Source of the DNA: Sminthopsis crassicaudata
Lineage: Eukaryota
NCBI RefSeq assembly: GCF_048593235.1
Contig: NC_133622.1
Span: 213,497,198 to 213,561,197 of the forward strand
Direction: 5' to 3'
DNA length: 64,000 nucleotides
The notes beneath the pieces were generated by a model that saw only the letters and a program-made list of their open reading frames with translations, searched no databases and was not told the origin of the DNA. Positions 1-13,870 of the stretch are shown in pieces. Position 1 is the stretch's first letter; every line of letters begins with the position of its first letter. The translations under genes and the position numbers were made by a program.

Positions 1-3000
1 TTCCACTTTTCCCCAAAAAGCAGAGGACAGCAAGAATTCTCAACATGAAGGGGGAGTATTATCCTTTACAAACACTGTTGCTTGGACTTTGCATCTCATT
101 TTTTGCTCACTTACCTTAGGAGGTCTTTTGTTTGGTGGTAGTCAGTGTACTACCTTCCCTAATACCCAGCTGCCAGACATTGAAAATTACTTACAATTCC
201 CAACCCAAAGCCAATGTCATCTGCATCCTTGACCACTTAAAATCCAGCAGAAGTTAGGTACATCCCCAAAGTCTTAATGCAGCCAATCATCTTAAAAATG
301 CACCGACTTACTTATAAAGATGCAAAATAGTACTTTACACTATTTTGTAATAGGAGTACATAATAAACGATAGTTGAATGAAAAATTGCTCCCAAAGGTA
401 ACAAAGAATATTTCTGGGAAAATAATAAATTCACAGTCAAAGGGCTTGAATTTGAATTCTGATTCTACTACTTAATAGTGGTCTTAGGTAAATCACTTTG
501 CTGGTTCAGGACTCTTGTTTCTCTAGAAGGTGAGGATTGGACAAAATGCTCTCAGAATCTTCTTACAGTTCTAAATCCTAAACCAACATGCCGTAGGGAG
601 CAACCATTACCTTCCTTGGCTAAGGACTGTATTGACTTATGTATTGCTTGTATTATTTTAGTGGGGAAATGTGTAGGAGGACTACCTGGGGGCTTCAATT
701 TGACAGAAAAGCAAATTTAAGCTAATTTCCAAATGTCTCTTGTGCATTTCTGCAATGGAGGATGAAACTACTTATATAAAAGAACCAGGTCTTTGAATTA
801 GGTCTTGCATTGGCAGGATTTCTCCCCTGAAACGCATAATGTCATCTTTATGAATAATGGGCTCTTCAAAAATGGTTTCTATGAATTGAACTGAAGTAAA
901 AAACGGAAATATCCTTTTTAAAGTCTAACCCATTAGTCCATTTTCATCCATTAACACCTTCAAAAGTTTCCACTTGCTAGTTGTCAACCCAAAAAGCAGA
1001 AAGCACGCTAGCTAGAGGACCAGAACATAGGCAAGATTGCTTTTTGAGAGGGCTAAAGAGCAGGAAGTTTGGAACATGAAGCAGTGTCAAAGAGATTAAC
1101 TTCTTTAACCATTTGTGACTCCCTTATAGGATCATTGAATCTTGGATTTAAAGGAACTTTAGAGATTATCTACTCCAACCACTCCATTTTATAGGCTAAG
1201 AAACTAAAACTGAAACAAGGTTAGTGATTTTCCCAACATCCCCAGAGGCAGACCTGAGATGTGAACCTATATCCTCAACTCAAAATCCAATATTCCTTGT
1301 ATTAGGCTATCTTTTCTTCCACTGTAGTAAATGGTTCATAAAAACAACCCCCCAAAAATAACAATTAAGGAACAGTAATGAGTAAGTTTCAGAGAGGATA
1401 TAAAATGTTGAGAGAGAGTGAGAACATATGTAAGAGAAGAAAATTTCATCTAATAACTAAAGCAATCCTTTTACCATAGTAAAACATAATATATATTGAA
1501 GTAAATTGAACTGACTCTCCTTTACAATTATTTTCTTTGGGTTTTAAGAATACTTTATTGTTGCATTCGGCCATTATTAGATACAGCTGCAGAAGCTGAC
1601 AGATGGAAAAGGTTTCAGAGATTCTTTCTTCCACTGGGGGCATCTACCATACCACATTCCCTACAAGTGGTCATCCATTGCAATTCAAACAGAAATGGAT
1701 CTCTAAAGCCTCATTGATTTAGAAAACCACAAGTTAACATTATCTATGTTGTGTTGTATTATTTCCTAATTACATTTATCAGAGAATGACCCTGACTGGA
1801 GTTTTACAGGTAGGCTGCAAATGTGATATCTTTGATCTAATGTGTACATAAAGACCACCAGTACTGAGAAACTCACTACATCCCAAGGCTATACATTCTA
1901 GCTTAAAATAACTCTAATCAATAGGAAGACACCAGCAGACACAGGGCTCATTTTCTGTTAATTCACATTTTTTATGCAAAAAGCTTTCATTCTATAGACT
2001 GATAAAATGTTTTGAGTTCAGACTTCAGAGATCATGAAGCACAGCATCCCCTCTATCATGTCCCTAACGCATCATAATCCATCATTTAATTTAAGAAGCA
2101 GTTATTGCCAGACACTGACACTATATGGTAGTGCTGGAGATGCAAAATGAAAATATTCAATATTTCTTGACCTCCTCGGAGTTCTTTGGAAAAGATTCCC
2201 CAAACAAGGGACAGGAGATCAAAAAAACAACAAAAAAAGCCTTTCTCCTAAGCCCTTCCAGGGAGGAAAGTCTAATATTTATGTTAAATTTTTATCTTAA
2301 CAAGAATAACCCATTAAAATATTTATACTCCAGATTCCATCAAATATACATTATTTTTAAAATATTTGATGGAATCTTGAGTGTAAACATTTTTAATGGG
2401 TTGTTCTTGTTAAGATAAAAATACTTACAGTATGATTCCCCTTCTAAGGGACTACAAAGAGATCCAGTCCTAGTTATTCTCATTTAGATCGCCAAACTAT
2501 TTTTCCAACTTGTAACAAAATCACAGTCATAAAATAGAATGCTATATCTTTCTCTGAGGAATTGAAAGGTCATTATAAACATATCTTAATTCTATGGGTA
2601 TTCAGTGTCATGGTCTCTGAAGTTAGAGTTAATTACTTGTAGGGTTAAACAGGGATATTTTCCTACTTTCTTGGTAAAGTATTGACTTGCCTTTATAATT
2701 GAGGGCCAAAGGGTTTAGAAGTTTAGAACATTTGGTCCAACCCTTTCATTTCAGAATTGAGCAAATTGATGCTCATAAGGCTATGTGATTGCCAAGATCA
2801 CATAGATAGGAAATAGCAGATCGTCCTGAGATTTGAATTTGCATCCAAGTGATGTTCTGTTTCCTACTACCCCGTATTTCCTCCAGGGGACACTGATCAC
2901 AAAGGATGTGATCCTCTGCATGAATAGTCTATGTGATTACCACAGTTATGCCATTAAGGGCCAAAGCTAGACAGCTGACTATGGTACATCTCCAAGTAGC

Positions 3001-4399
3001 CTATTAATCCTTTATTACTGTAACAGTTGCCCGTGGACATTTATGGATTTAGGAAGAATACCCAAAATCATTTTTATCCTATTCCACATTACAATGCTCT
3101 GCCTTGATTTGTTAATAACTGATCTGTGCTCAAAATATAAACCTGATTGGATGTAACCTTCCTGAAAAATACAGGTTGCCCACAGAAAGGCAGAGCCAAG
3201 AAATGACAAGAAGCCATCATTTCTCTGAATGATTCCATTCAGTCCTTTTTAATATGCCATTCAAGTTTTAAGACTTTCAAATAAAAACTGTACAATTTTG
3301 AAAGGTCTGCCCATAAAGTAGCCTGTTGAGGTTTATAACACATGCCTGTTAGTTCATTCCCCCAGCAACTCCTAACATTATAGGCCTCCCAAACTCAACT
3401 AGCTCTGCAGCAAGCTAGAAAAGTAATTTTATGTAGTGAGCAGAGAAGAGGAATGGGAATAGGGATTTCATCTATCCATAATTTATTATAAATGTCTTTC
3501 TGGATTTTCTGGTTAGCAGGAAAAAGTAAAAAACAGCTGGGAATGGGAATGAATATTTGGTTGTTTATTTAAAAAATAATATTGGGGAGGGGATGATATA
3601 GATCTAAGATTTCAGCAATATCAGGAATTTCTGACACAGAAAATTCTTCTTCTTGGGCAGATCAACATCTTGTCTGAAATGTATAATTTTTGAGCTATTC
3701 CTGGGGGTATTAAGAGATTTAATGACATACTTATATGTGGAAGATAAGAATACCATGAAGAACTTTCTGATTGCTAGGGTGAGTCTACCAACTCTGTACA
3801 TTAAAAAAAGTTTATTTTCTTTATGTGTCTTTAAAAAGCAATGTTTGCTAAAACTAGATGTGATATATATTAAGATAACCACATCCAGAATTTCCAGAAT
3901 TTTCAGATGAGTTCTTAGATTGATGATCAGATCTCTGGTGTTTGAGGGCAAGATCTAGAAAGGGGAAGCCCTTAGTAGTTCTCAGCTGATGCTATATAAT
4001 AATATATGAACATTTTATATATATCTATATATATATCTATATAAATACAATGATAATATATAAATAAATAAATATATATATATATATAATAAAATATAAA
4101 TAAAGTACTAGACCTAGAATCAGAAAAAACACCGATCTCTGAGGGTTATTGTGAGGATCAAATAAGATAATATTTGAAGTGGGGTAAAGCACTTAGCACA
4201 CTGCCTGGGTGTAATAAATTCTGTATACATGCTGATTCCCTCCCTCTTTCTCTATTCTGATGGCTACCCAAACTAGAATTCTCTCTATAATATGACCATT
4301 CTGTGGTCATTCATTCTTTGCTCCAAAGCCCACTGGTGAGACAGCTCTCATAATGGCCTGAAGCAACTCCTTCTACTTTTAGATGGCTACAATTTAGGG

Positions 4400-4720
4400 A
4401 AGTTTTATTTGCCTCAATTTGATAGTTTGTTATATTTCTATCCATTGCTTATAGCTCTTTCCCTGCATACAAGGACTTTAAATATGGAAGATACACAAAA
4501 TGCTCCAACTAAAATCTTCTGTTTCCCAGTGTCACTTTCCCAGTTTTCTTCCTCTCACTCTTAACTGGCTCATTCACAAGGTTCTTCAATGTGCTGATCT
4601 TCCACTTCTGGAACCTTTCCAACTCATCAACATCTTTCCTAAAACAGGCTGCTGAGAACTGAAAAACAACATACCAGAGGTAGCTTGGCCAGGGTCAAAG
4701 ACAGAAGGCCCAGTTTCATT
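4400..4720 (-). mobile_element. Decayed L3/CR1 LINE fragment
   Basis: Resembles the antisense of the CR1 3' region (e.g. caacataccagaggtagcttggccagggtc). Recognised by eye; boundaries approximate. Confidence 0.4.
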
Positions 4721-7019
4721 CTTTCTCCACATGTTCTTCTCTCAGTATACTCTAAGAAAATAATTAACCTTTTTAGGCTGCCCTATTTCACAGTTAATAT
4801 CTCAGTTATGGGGTACATTAAAATCCTGATATTTTAAATTGTTGTTATTCCATGTTATCCCACTATCTTCTCACCTCCCACCTCCCCACATGCGAATTTT
4901 ATATTCTGAACTGAAATGTAAGACTTCGTATTTTTCAATCTTCGTTTTAATAAATTAATAATTTGTCAGAAATCTTTTTAGATTTAACTCAGCCACCCCA
5001 TGTGCTCATTATTTCTCCACTTGCTAGCTATGGTTTTATCCAAGTCCTGATGAAGAATTGCCCGTCTTCCTGTCATCCTCTAGGACTCCATCTCCTCCTC
5101 TTCCTCCACAATATTTCAAAGACCACTGATAGTAGTACTTTCATTGAGTGTACTTTCAGCACACTAAGATGCAATTCATTTAGAAGAAGGGACTCAAAAG
5201 GACTGTTGGGGACTTGTAAAGGAGACAGATGGTCAGAAAAAGCTCAGCAAATCTAAGTCAAGTCTATACTCTCTTCCCATTCTCAAGCAGAGAAACTTGT
5301 GTGTGTTGGACTGAGACAAGACTTTAAGGTGAGTAGAAAAAACATGGTGGCCTTTCTATGAAAAGCTTTAATTCTTTCATCTATATGCAAGCTATTTCAA
5401 AGCTTCCATATCCCCCCTTCTTTTCTAGGGTGTGCTTCCTCTTTTTTCTCTTTGCCTTCCCTCTTTTACTGAAAAAATATAAATGGGGGAAAACAGATGT
5501 TCCCTGACCCCAGCACTGAACTAGTGTATGGATGAACATTTCAGAGGGTCTATCCTGTTCTTTACTGTTCATCCTCCAATCTAACACTCCCCTTAATGTC
5601 AACTATCTATGGGCATGTTCTCAGTCCAGGGTCTTTGTATCTCTCTATAATCAGGGCATTCCCCTAAATCGACATAACCTCTAACCTTTTACTGATGTGA
5701 AAGGTTATAGAATCCTTTGATTTAAAGATGGTCAGGGACTTCAAAGGAAATTTAGCTCAAACGTATGCTTTCACAGTTGTTGAATTTGAGGCCCTGAGAT
5801 ATTCAGCGACTCCCCCAGAGTCTCATAGATGGTAAGTGACATAGCCAGGATTTGAATTCAGTACTTTCCGTTATGCCTGATGGACAGTATTTAAAGAAAA
5901 CCCTCCAGCCATACACATTTCAGTGTTCACTGATTCAGTGTTTCCAGTGAAATGGAGCTAAGATTACTTTTCTTCTTCTAGAGGACTTCCTACCTGCAAT
6001 TTCCAATTGTCTTACTTAAAAATATGTCTTTCCCAGAGAAAGCCTCAGGCTGCTTATCCATCTCACAACTCAGGGTTCACTCCACAGGAGAATTAGTAAG
6101 TGAATTTCTTCTATTTTTTCCATTAGATGCCTTTCAATAACTCTCTTTAGAATGCCTTATGTAGCACTTGAAAATGAGTGTTTTTACCACAGACTAAAAG
6201 GAAAGTGAGTGGTTTAGTTGGTAACCAGACATTTAAATGATTGCAGTCCGGAGTACCTACATGTGAATGACTTGGTAAAGGATTTTAAGGAGAATTTGGC
6301 AAATTGATTTTAAGTATCTAGTTAGGTTTTCTTTTCTCTTTTGGAGTGGAGTTATGCCCATAACCAGTTTTATTATAAGATCTTTTCCATCGCGTCTGGG
6401 TGTGCTATTAAGGACTTTTTTTCCATAGTACAATAATACTCTACAGCAAGGTTTTTCTCTCTCCCCCCCCCCCACCTCCTCTTTTCTTCTCCCTGTTTCT
6501 CTTTTTCCCTTTAATGGAGTGTCTAGTTTATTAACCTCTATGATGAAAAGTTACTTTGATTTGCCAAAAGACTTCTGATCTTAGCTTGCAGCTGAGTGTA
6601 TTTTTATATGTGTAAACTTGGACTGGGGTAAAAGCAAAAATTCTAAGATCTTTCAATCTCCTCTCCTCCCTATTCCATTCCCTGATTTACTTTCCCAATC
6701 CCCCCCCAATCATTTCCATTTATCCTATATAGAGAGAGTAGTTCCAAAAGTCTTATTGTGATCTTAAGCTTGAAATCACACTAAGATTTTGGAGAACTCC
6801 CTATATATCTTGCATACATGTGGCTATTTATGCATTGTTTAACACTATTAGAATGTTTTTCTTTAAAAATAAAAATTGTATTTTCCCCTTTTATTTGTAT
6901 CCCCATCACTTAGCATGGTACCTGAAACATTTTTTGTTGTTGTTGTTGAATCTTTTTTTTTTAAATCATGTCTGATTCTTTATAACCCAAAGTTATTGAA
7001 ATGGTTTGCCAGCTCGTTC

Positions 7020-7145
7020 TCCAGCTCATTTTATAGATAAGGAAACTGAGGTAAACAGGATTAAGTGACTTGTCCAAGATCACAAAGCTAGACAGAATTT
7101 GAACTCAGGTCCTTCTGGCTCAGCAGTTTATCCATTTTACCACAG
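7020..7145 (-). mobile_element. MIR/core-SINE fragment
   Basis: Antisense core-SINE motifs: cattttatagataaggaaactgagg...aagtgacttgtccaagatcaca...atttgaactcagg. Confidence 0.7.
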
Positions 7146-7535
7146 AGGTACCTTATTTGAAATATAGTAAGTACTTAATAAATGCTTGACAGTTTTCAAT
7201 GCATAGAGGGGGGAAATTTACCCTTACTTGATAGGACTAAGAGAACCCACATAGTGGGGAGCTGGGGATGGGTTATAGCAACGGCTGATTTGGGGCCTTA
7301 CAGCTAAGATATGGGAACTGACATGGTAAGAAAATATGCCTTCCTCTAACATATGTTGATAGCTTGAGGAAAAGACAGCGTTGACTCACCCCAATTACAT
7401 TAATTATGCTGGGCTGTTTATTAAGGCTTATAAATTTTGGAGAGATCATTATCTACTGATTAAGAACCTATGCTTTCTGATGCATCCACGAAGCATGTGG
7501 ATATATGTAGGTTTATATATAATATGCATGAAAAC

Positions 7536-7538
<3 letters not shown>

Positions 7539-7570
<32 letters not shown>
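7539..7570. repeat. (TA)n microsatellite within a TA/CA-rich low-complexity tract
   Basis: Direct reading; it explains the spurious ORFs at 7381-7704 and 7449-7673. Confidence 0.95.
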
Positions 7571-7573
<3 letters not shown>

Positions 7574-8580
7574 ACATATTTCTAGTTTCTACTTTATATA
7601 CATACACATGCATGTGTGTCTGCAGGTATATGTATACATATAAACACATGCATATATTTATACATATAACCACACATATGTGTCTGCATATAGTTGAATA
7701 TTGATTGCTCTTTTTCTGTTTTAGTTTCTTTGCTTCTTATACAGGATAACTAAAATGCAACATGTTGATTTTGGCCTGAATTGATACAGCTGGCTGGCAT
7801 AAAAAAGCCTTCTGGATTCCAGTAAGGTCAGAGTTTCCACTTGTTAATCAGGGGTTTCTTCAGTGTGAATTTTATGTAGAATAAAATTGTCTGCCTCAGC
7901 CTCTCATGGAAAGAAAAAAAGAGAAGAAAGCCAGTATCTCTAAGTTCTAAAATTCTTTTTTTTTTGGTTGGGTTTTTTTGGTTGCTTTTCGAACCTCTGG
8001 GTAATATCAATTGACAAGAGTCAAATAAATAAGCCAAACCACACGGTCTGGTGTTCCCGTCAACATGTTTTAGAAATGTGTTACCATAAACTAATTTTTT
8101 TTATTTTGGATTCTTTTTAATTCCTTCGTTCCTACTTTCTTATTTTATCCTGTCATGGGACACAGTATTTTTGAATAATAAAAAGTTTTGGGACCCCTCA
8201 AGTGAGCCCAGCAGTGATAGTCGAGTATTTTTATATTGAAACTGCTCATTAGGTCCAGATTCTTCCCCAGAGCCCTTCTATACCTGTTTAAAACTTTTTT
8301 TTTTGGTCTGGGAATTCGGACTGAATATAATGTTTTTATATGCAGAAGCTAGTCGTTCAGATGTGTCACTGATTCATGAATCTCTCTGGAAGTGACACAA
8401 CAACAGTCTTTGGGCCTGTCCCTCTATCGAAGGATTTAAATCTGTTTTGGCAGAGGGTTGGGGCAAGTACAGCTCCGGATGATTAAAAAACCAGATGTTC
8501 ATGTCTTGATCCATTTCTTCCTTCCCTTATTAAACAGGTAGCAATAGGCTTATTGGTTAAGGTTACATATAATTATATAT

Positions 8581-8584
<4 letters not shown>

Positions 8585-8633
<49 letters not shown>
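8585..8633. repeat. (CA)n microsatellite
   Basis: Uninterrupted AC run. Confidence 0.97.
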
Positions 8634-8636
<3 letters not shown>

Positions 8637-9149
8637 CTCTGCCCACTCAGTCAACTCCCTTTTCACTGACCTCCTCTTCTATTTTGTTGGTACCATTTGG
8701 CTGATGTTTGGCATAAGCTACCTTTTCTTCTTATTTACTTGTTAGTTTTCCGACATCCAATCAACTGAATTTTAAATCCTTTGAAGACAAGGATGTTAAC
8801 ATTGTGCAATTCCCTTAACCCTCTTCAGACCTCAGTTTCCTCATTTGTAAAATTATCCAGATTAAGTGGAATGAAATGTATAAGACCAACCCTCAAAGAA
8901 CTCTAGTAGGAGAAATAAAATAGAGCTAACAGGAGAAGAAATAGTAAGAGATACGATGAAAAAGTAATAATGACTAGTAGCTAAATTAGCTCTTCACATA
9001 GCTTATCTTACCTCACAACCTAATCATCGTTTCCAGTACCTATTATCTCTTAGCTCTTATATTCAGTTTATTTTAATTCAATTTCATTCCAATTCAGCTC
9101 TGCATTCTCTTCTTCCCAGTTCCTTTCCCTGTTTTGAAAGAAAAACATA

Positions 9150-9424
9150 NNNNNNNNNNNNNNNNNNNNNNNNNNNNNNNNNNNNNNNNNNNNNNNNNNN
9201 NNNNNNNNNNNNNNNNNNNNNNNNNNNNNNNNNNNNNNNNNNNNNNNNNNNNNNNNNNNNNNNNNNNNNNNNNNNNNNNNNNNNNNNNNNNNNNNNNNNN
9301 NNNNNNNNNNNNNNNNNNNNNNNNNNNNNNNNNNNNNNNNNNNNNNNNNNNNNNNNNNNNNNNNNNNNNNNNNNNNNNNNNNNNNNNNNNNNNNNNNNNN
9401 NNNNNNNNNNNNNNNNNNNNNNNN
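9150..9424. other. Assembly gap (N run)
   Basis: Run of N. Confidence 1.
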
Positions 9425-9429
9425 CTAAA

Positions 9430-9750
9430 TCCAATCTGTTGCTTTCTTTCCCTACTTGAAATCTCTCCCTACTCCAAATCTTCTAGCCAGCTGTCAAACT
9501 GATCTTCCTAATGTACTTGTCTAACCACATCACCTGACTTCCATGTTGATCCTCTCACCAGACACACTGTTTCCTTACTGAGCATTTTCATTGTCTAACT
9601 CCAGTGATTGTAATTCTCTCTCCTCTTCTCTTCATCTCTATCTCTCAGCATGCCTGACTTTTTTTTTTTGAGTGCTAGTTAAAGCTACCTTCTCCAGGAA
9701 GCCTTTCCTGATTCATCTTTATGATAGTGTCTTGCATCTATTGAATGTCT
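9430..9750 (+). mobile_element. L2 LINE 3' fragment
   Basis: CT-rich L2-like sequence including ccttctccaggaagcctttcctgatt. Confidence 0.55.
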
Positions 9751-9756
9751 CCAATT

Positions 9757-9797
<41 letters not shown>
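9757..9797. repeat. (TA)n microsatellite
   Basis: Direct reading. Confidence 0.95.
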
Positions 9798-10439
9798 GTT
9801 AGTCAATTAAATGTCAACAACCCTAGTATATAAATATTGCAGATATTTTTATCTTTAAGGTACAGATAGGGAACTTAAGTCTATGAGATACTAAGTGACT
9901 TGCTGTGATCATACAGATAGTGAGAATTAGAGATGAAATTTGAACCCTGATTTTCTTGATTCCAAGCCTAGTTCTTTTCACTACGAAATATTGTCTTTTA
10001 TTAAAGACCAAATGAACAATGTTAGGTATTTTGATATCAAAGGACAGTAATCAAAGAACTAGTTAAATGTGAACCAGAACATTTTGGGAAGATTTCGGGG
10101 AGGAGATTGGATCTGAGCAAGGTTCTAAGCTTCCAGGTTGAGGAAGTAAAACAAACACAAAACCAAAGACTAATAAATACAAAGGTGTGCTTGGGAGGGG
10201 ATGAGTAAATTAGCTTAATAAGTAGTATGGTTAGTTAAATTAATAGTCAATAATTAGCATTATTGTTATTATTAAAACAATACAGCTTTGATCTAGGAAT
10301 TGATGGCAGTAGAAAGGGCTTTTGAAACAATTTCTCTTACTGTTCATATAGAGAAGATTGGGAGATGGGACTAGGACTAGACTATTATCTTATACAATTT
10401 AATATATTCAGTGGTGTTTGGATGGCCATACTCAATGGC

Positions 10440-10600
10440 AGTTATTAGTAGTTTAATGTTAATATAGCTAAAAGGCTCCAGAGGAAGGTGCTAGGAATCC
10501 AGGCTTGACCTTGTGCTAATTTACATTTTTTCAATGATTTAGATAAAGTTATAGAAGAAGTGTTCATCAAATTAGCTGATGACATCAAGCTGGGAATAGC
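10440..10600 (+). mobile_element. L3/CR1 LINE, decayed RT region
   Basis: tgaccttgtgctaatttacattttttcaatgatttagat...aaattagctgatgacatcaagctgg resembles the CR1 coding stretch VLFNIFINDLD...KFADDTKL. Confidence 0.7.
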
Positions 10601-10789
10601 GAGCTCCCTGTATGGTAAAGTTATCCCTGACCAGCCTTTTCTGATACCTCAAGATTAGAGGAAAAACAAAAAAATTGTGGAACATTTAGCAGGTTACAAA
10701 AAGAAGGTACCTTAGTCATGGTATGGAAAGGGGACTCAGCAAGGAGATAACCTTGATTCCATTAAATGTAGTTTCCCTCTACTTCTCAT

Positions 10790-11020
10790 GAAAGCTGGAG
10801 GTGCTATAATGGATGGAGTGATGGATTTGGAGTCAGAAAGACTTGACATAGGCATTTACTAACTGGGCGACATGGCAAATCATTTAAATTATCTCTGCCT
10901 CAGTTTCTTTATCTGTAAAACAAGGATAATAATAGAAGTTATAAACAGCTTTTTGGAGAATCAAAAGAAATAACATATGTATAGCACTTACAAACCTTAA
11001 AGGAATATATATGTACTAGC
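10790..11020 (+). mobile_element. MIR SINE
   Basis: ggatttggagtcagaaagac...tgcctcagtttctttatctgtaaaa core motif. Confidence 0.7.
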
Positions 11021-11026
11021 TATTAC

Positions 11027-11072
<46 letters not shown>
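11027..11072. repeat. (CAT)n microsatellite
   Basis: About 15 perfect CAT units. Confidence 0.97.
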
Positions 11073-11074
<2 letters not shown>

Positions 11075-11189
11075 AAGTACCATCCAGAACAGCAATATTT
11101 TTTAAGGAAACATTAGCTTAACTTGCACTTAGGAAAAACTAGCCTTAGTCTAGGAAATATTTCTCCTTTTCAACACAGTATATAGCAAA

Positions 11190-11735
11190 GTAAGGATCCC
11201 CAGAGAATTTGAAGGGTCTAGAGTATGGATCTTATAAGATGCAATCCAATAGAAATAAAAAACAAATCTTGTACTTGGGTATAAAACAAAGCAAAAAAAT
11301 TAATTTCACAGATACAAAATGTGAAAAAGATAGGATTAGCAGTAGTTCTGAATGGTCTAGTCATTTTAGTGGATTACAAGGTTAATATGAGTCAGCAAAG
11401 TATGTGGTGGACAAAAATAAAATCTGTGATCTTGGGTTTCATTAAGAAGGGAACCACTTCCAGGAAAAGTCTGGTGATAATAGTCCTAGTATAATCTTTT
11501 CTCCTGTGACCTTATCTAGAGTATTATGTTCAGTTCTGGGCTCAAGGGATCAAAGAAAGCTATTGATAAGCTTAAGAGTATCCAGAAAAGTACACATAAG
11601 ATGGCAGAGGGCCTTGAGATCACATCCAGGTGATCAGGTAAAGGAAGTGGGTATATTTAGCTTGAAAAAGAGAAGTTTTAGAGAGACATGATACCTATTT
11701 TTAAGTATTTGAAGGATTTTCATGCAAAAGAAAAA
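11190..11735 (+). mobile_element. L3/CR1 LINE 3' region, probable continuation of 10440-10600
   Basis: gtattatgttcagttctggg...atatttagcttgaaaaagagaag...tttttaagtatttgaagg, typical of the CR1 3' ORF end. Confidence 0.7.
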
Positions 11736-12214
11736 TTAGACTCAAAGTCTAAGTTAAAAATAAGCTCCGTTGCCCCAGTTTCCTTATCTATAAAATGAAA
11801 AGATTAAGTTAGATGGCCTCTAAGGACCCTTACAATTTTAAATTTGTGATCCCATTGCAAAGGATGAAACCTTTTGTTGTGATTAAGTCCTGAGGTTTTG
11901 AGTACCAATCACTTTTATTCTTCCCCCAGTCAAGCATTTGCCATCCCCAGTAAATCACCTTGAGCATACCAGCTCATAGTCCTGATCCCTGGGTAGTTCT
12001 TTAATGACTACAAGTCTAAATTACATTCAAGATTTATTACATGCTCATGTCACAATAGTATAAGCGTACCCACACAAGCATTTACAGATTAATTAAAGTA
12101 AAGCAATGAAATAATATTGGTAGGTCTACATAGTAATAAAACAGGTATAAAATTAAACCTTCATATACAAGTACCTATTTGACTATTAGCTCCATTGTGC
12201 ATGGTTGATAATAA

Positions 12215-12440
12215 AATAAGTAGTATTTACATACCTCCTACTATGTGCCAGGGACTATGCTAAGTGTTTTACAAATTTGATCTCATTTGAAACTCCTAAC
12301 AATTCTAGGATATAGTTGCTATTATTACCTCATATTATAGTTGAGGAAACTGAGAGAGACAGTCATAAAGCTAGTAACTGTCTAAGGACAAATTTGATCC
12401 CAAATCTTCCTGACTCCAGACTTAGTGCCTTTCTACTTAG
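12215..12440 (-). mobile_element. MIR/Mar-type core SINE
   Basis: ctatgtgccagggactatgctaag...gaggaaactgag...cctgactccag antisense motifs. Confidence 0.65.
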
Positions 12441-13118
12441 CTGTCTAATACACAAATATATCTATGGTACATAAATATTCAGTGACTACCATGTGTATCC
12501 ATGAACATATGCAATTACATGTAAGGCATGTATTGCCATCTGGCTAAATGTATCAGCATTTCTCCAGCTTCCCTTTTCAGACTCACCCTTTACATCACAT
12601 AATCCTATGACACCTCATTGACTAGGAAAATGATGATGTCATGGATCGAAATAGGGAATTCTGGAAAGATTTTTGATATAATGGTACAAGAGATAATGAG
12701 GGTGGTAAGTAGGGGTTATAGCCACTCATGAGTTCCAAATAACTTGTCTCAGAGAAATACTACTTAGTATATGGTTATGGCAGGAACTCTTTAATAAAAA
12801 AAATTTAAAAGAATTTAAGAGGGTCTATGAAATTTCATTAATTGTATTAGGATAGAACCTTCAAAAAAGATGTCCATTTATCAGGGATCGAGAATAATAT
12901 TTTTGTATAACATGACCTTTTAAAAAATCATTCTTGATCCAAAGTGGTAAAAATGAAAGAATTATTGACTTGTCATGCAAAAACAGAACTAATCACAACA
13001 TTTTCCAAGTTCTGTAGAGTTTCTGTTCAACCCTGACCAAGGCATCCCTACTCTCTGAAGTACTGGACATTCACTGATTCAAAAAGTTGGAGCAACATAT
13101 TGATAATGAAAAAAATAT

Positions 13119-13870
13119 TTTTAATGTTTTATTTTTTAATTAAAGCTTTTTATTTTCAAAATATATGCATGGATAAATTTTAATATTCACCCTCGCAAAA
13201 CTTTGTGTCCAAATTGTTCCCTCCCTTCTCCCCACCCCCTTTCCTACACAAGTAATACAATATATTCTAAACATGTACAATTCTTCTATAAGTATTTCCA
13301 CATTTATCATTCTGCACAAGAAAAGTCAGATCAAAAAGGGAAAAAAATGAGAAAGAAAACAAAACACAAGCAGATAACAATAAAAAGAGTAAAAGTACTA
13401 TGAGTGATCCACACTCAGTTCCCACAGTCCTCTCTCTGGGTGTAGATGGCTCTCTCCGTCACAAGATCATTGGAACTGGTCTGAATTATCTCATTGTTAA
13501 AGAGAGCCACGTCCATCAGTATTGATAACAGTATCATCTTGCTGTTGCCGTGTACAATGATCTCCTGGTTCTGCTCATCTCACTCAGCATCAGTTCGTGT
13601 AAGTCTCTCCAGGCTTCTCTGAAATCATCCTTCTGATCATTTCTTACAGAACAATAATATTCCTAACCTTCATATCCTATAACTTATTCAGCCATTCTCA
13701 GCTGATGGGCATCCATTCAGTTTCCAGTTTCTTGCCACTACAAAGAGGGCTTCCACAAACATTTCTGCACATGTGGGTCTTTTTCCCTCCTTTATGATCT
13801 CTTTAGGATATAGACCCTGTAGAGACATTGCTGAGTCAAAGGGTATTACAGTTTGATAGCCCTTTGGGTA
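13119..13870 (-). mobile_element. Old L1 3' fragment (ORF2 end plus 3' UTR)
   Basis: Similar to the 3' end of the young L1 at 58-59 kb (gtgtacaatgatctcctggttctgctcatctcactcagcatcag...). T-rich tail on the left. Confidence 0.85.

Noticed and set aside
9084-9502. ORFs spanning N runs (also 61662-62045)
   Set aside because: Artefacts of assembly gaps.
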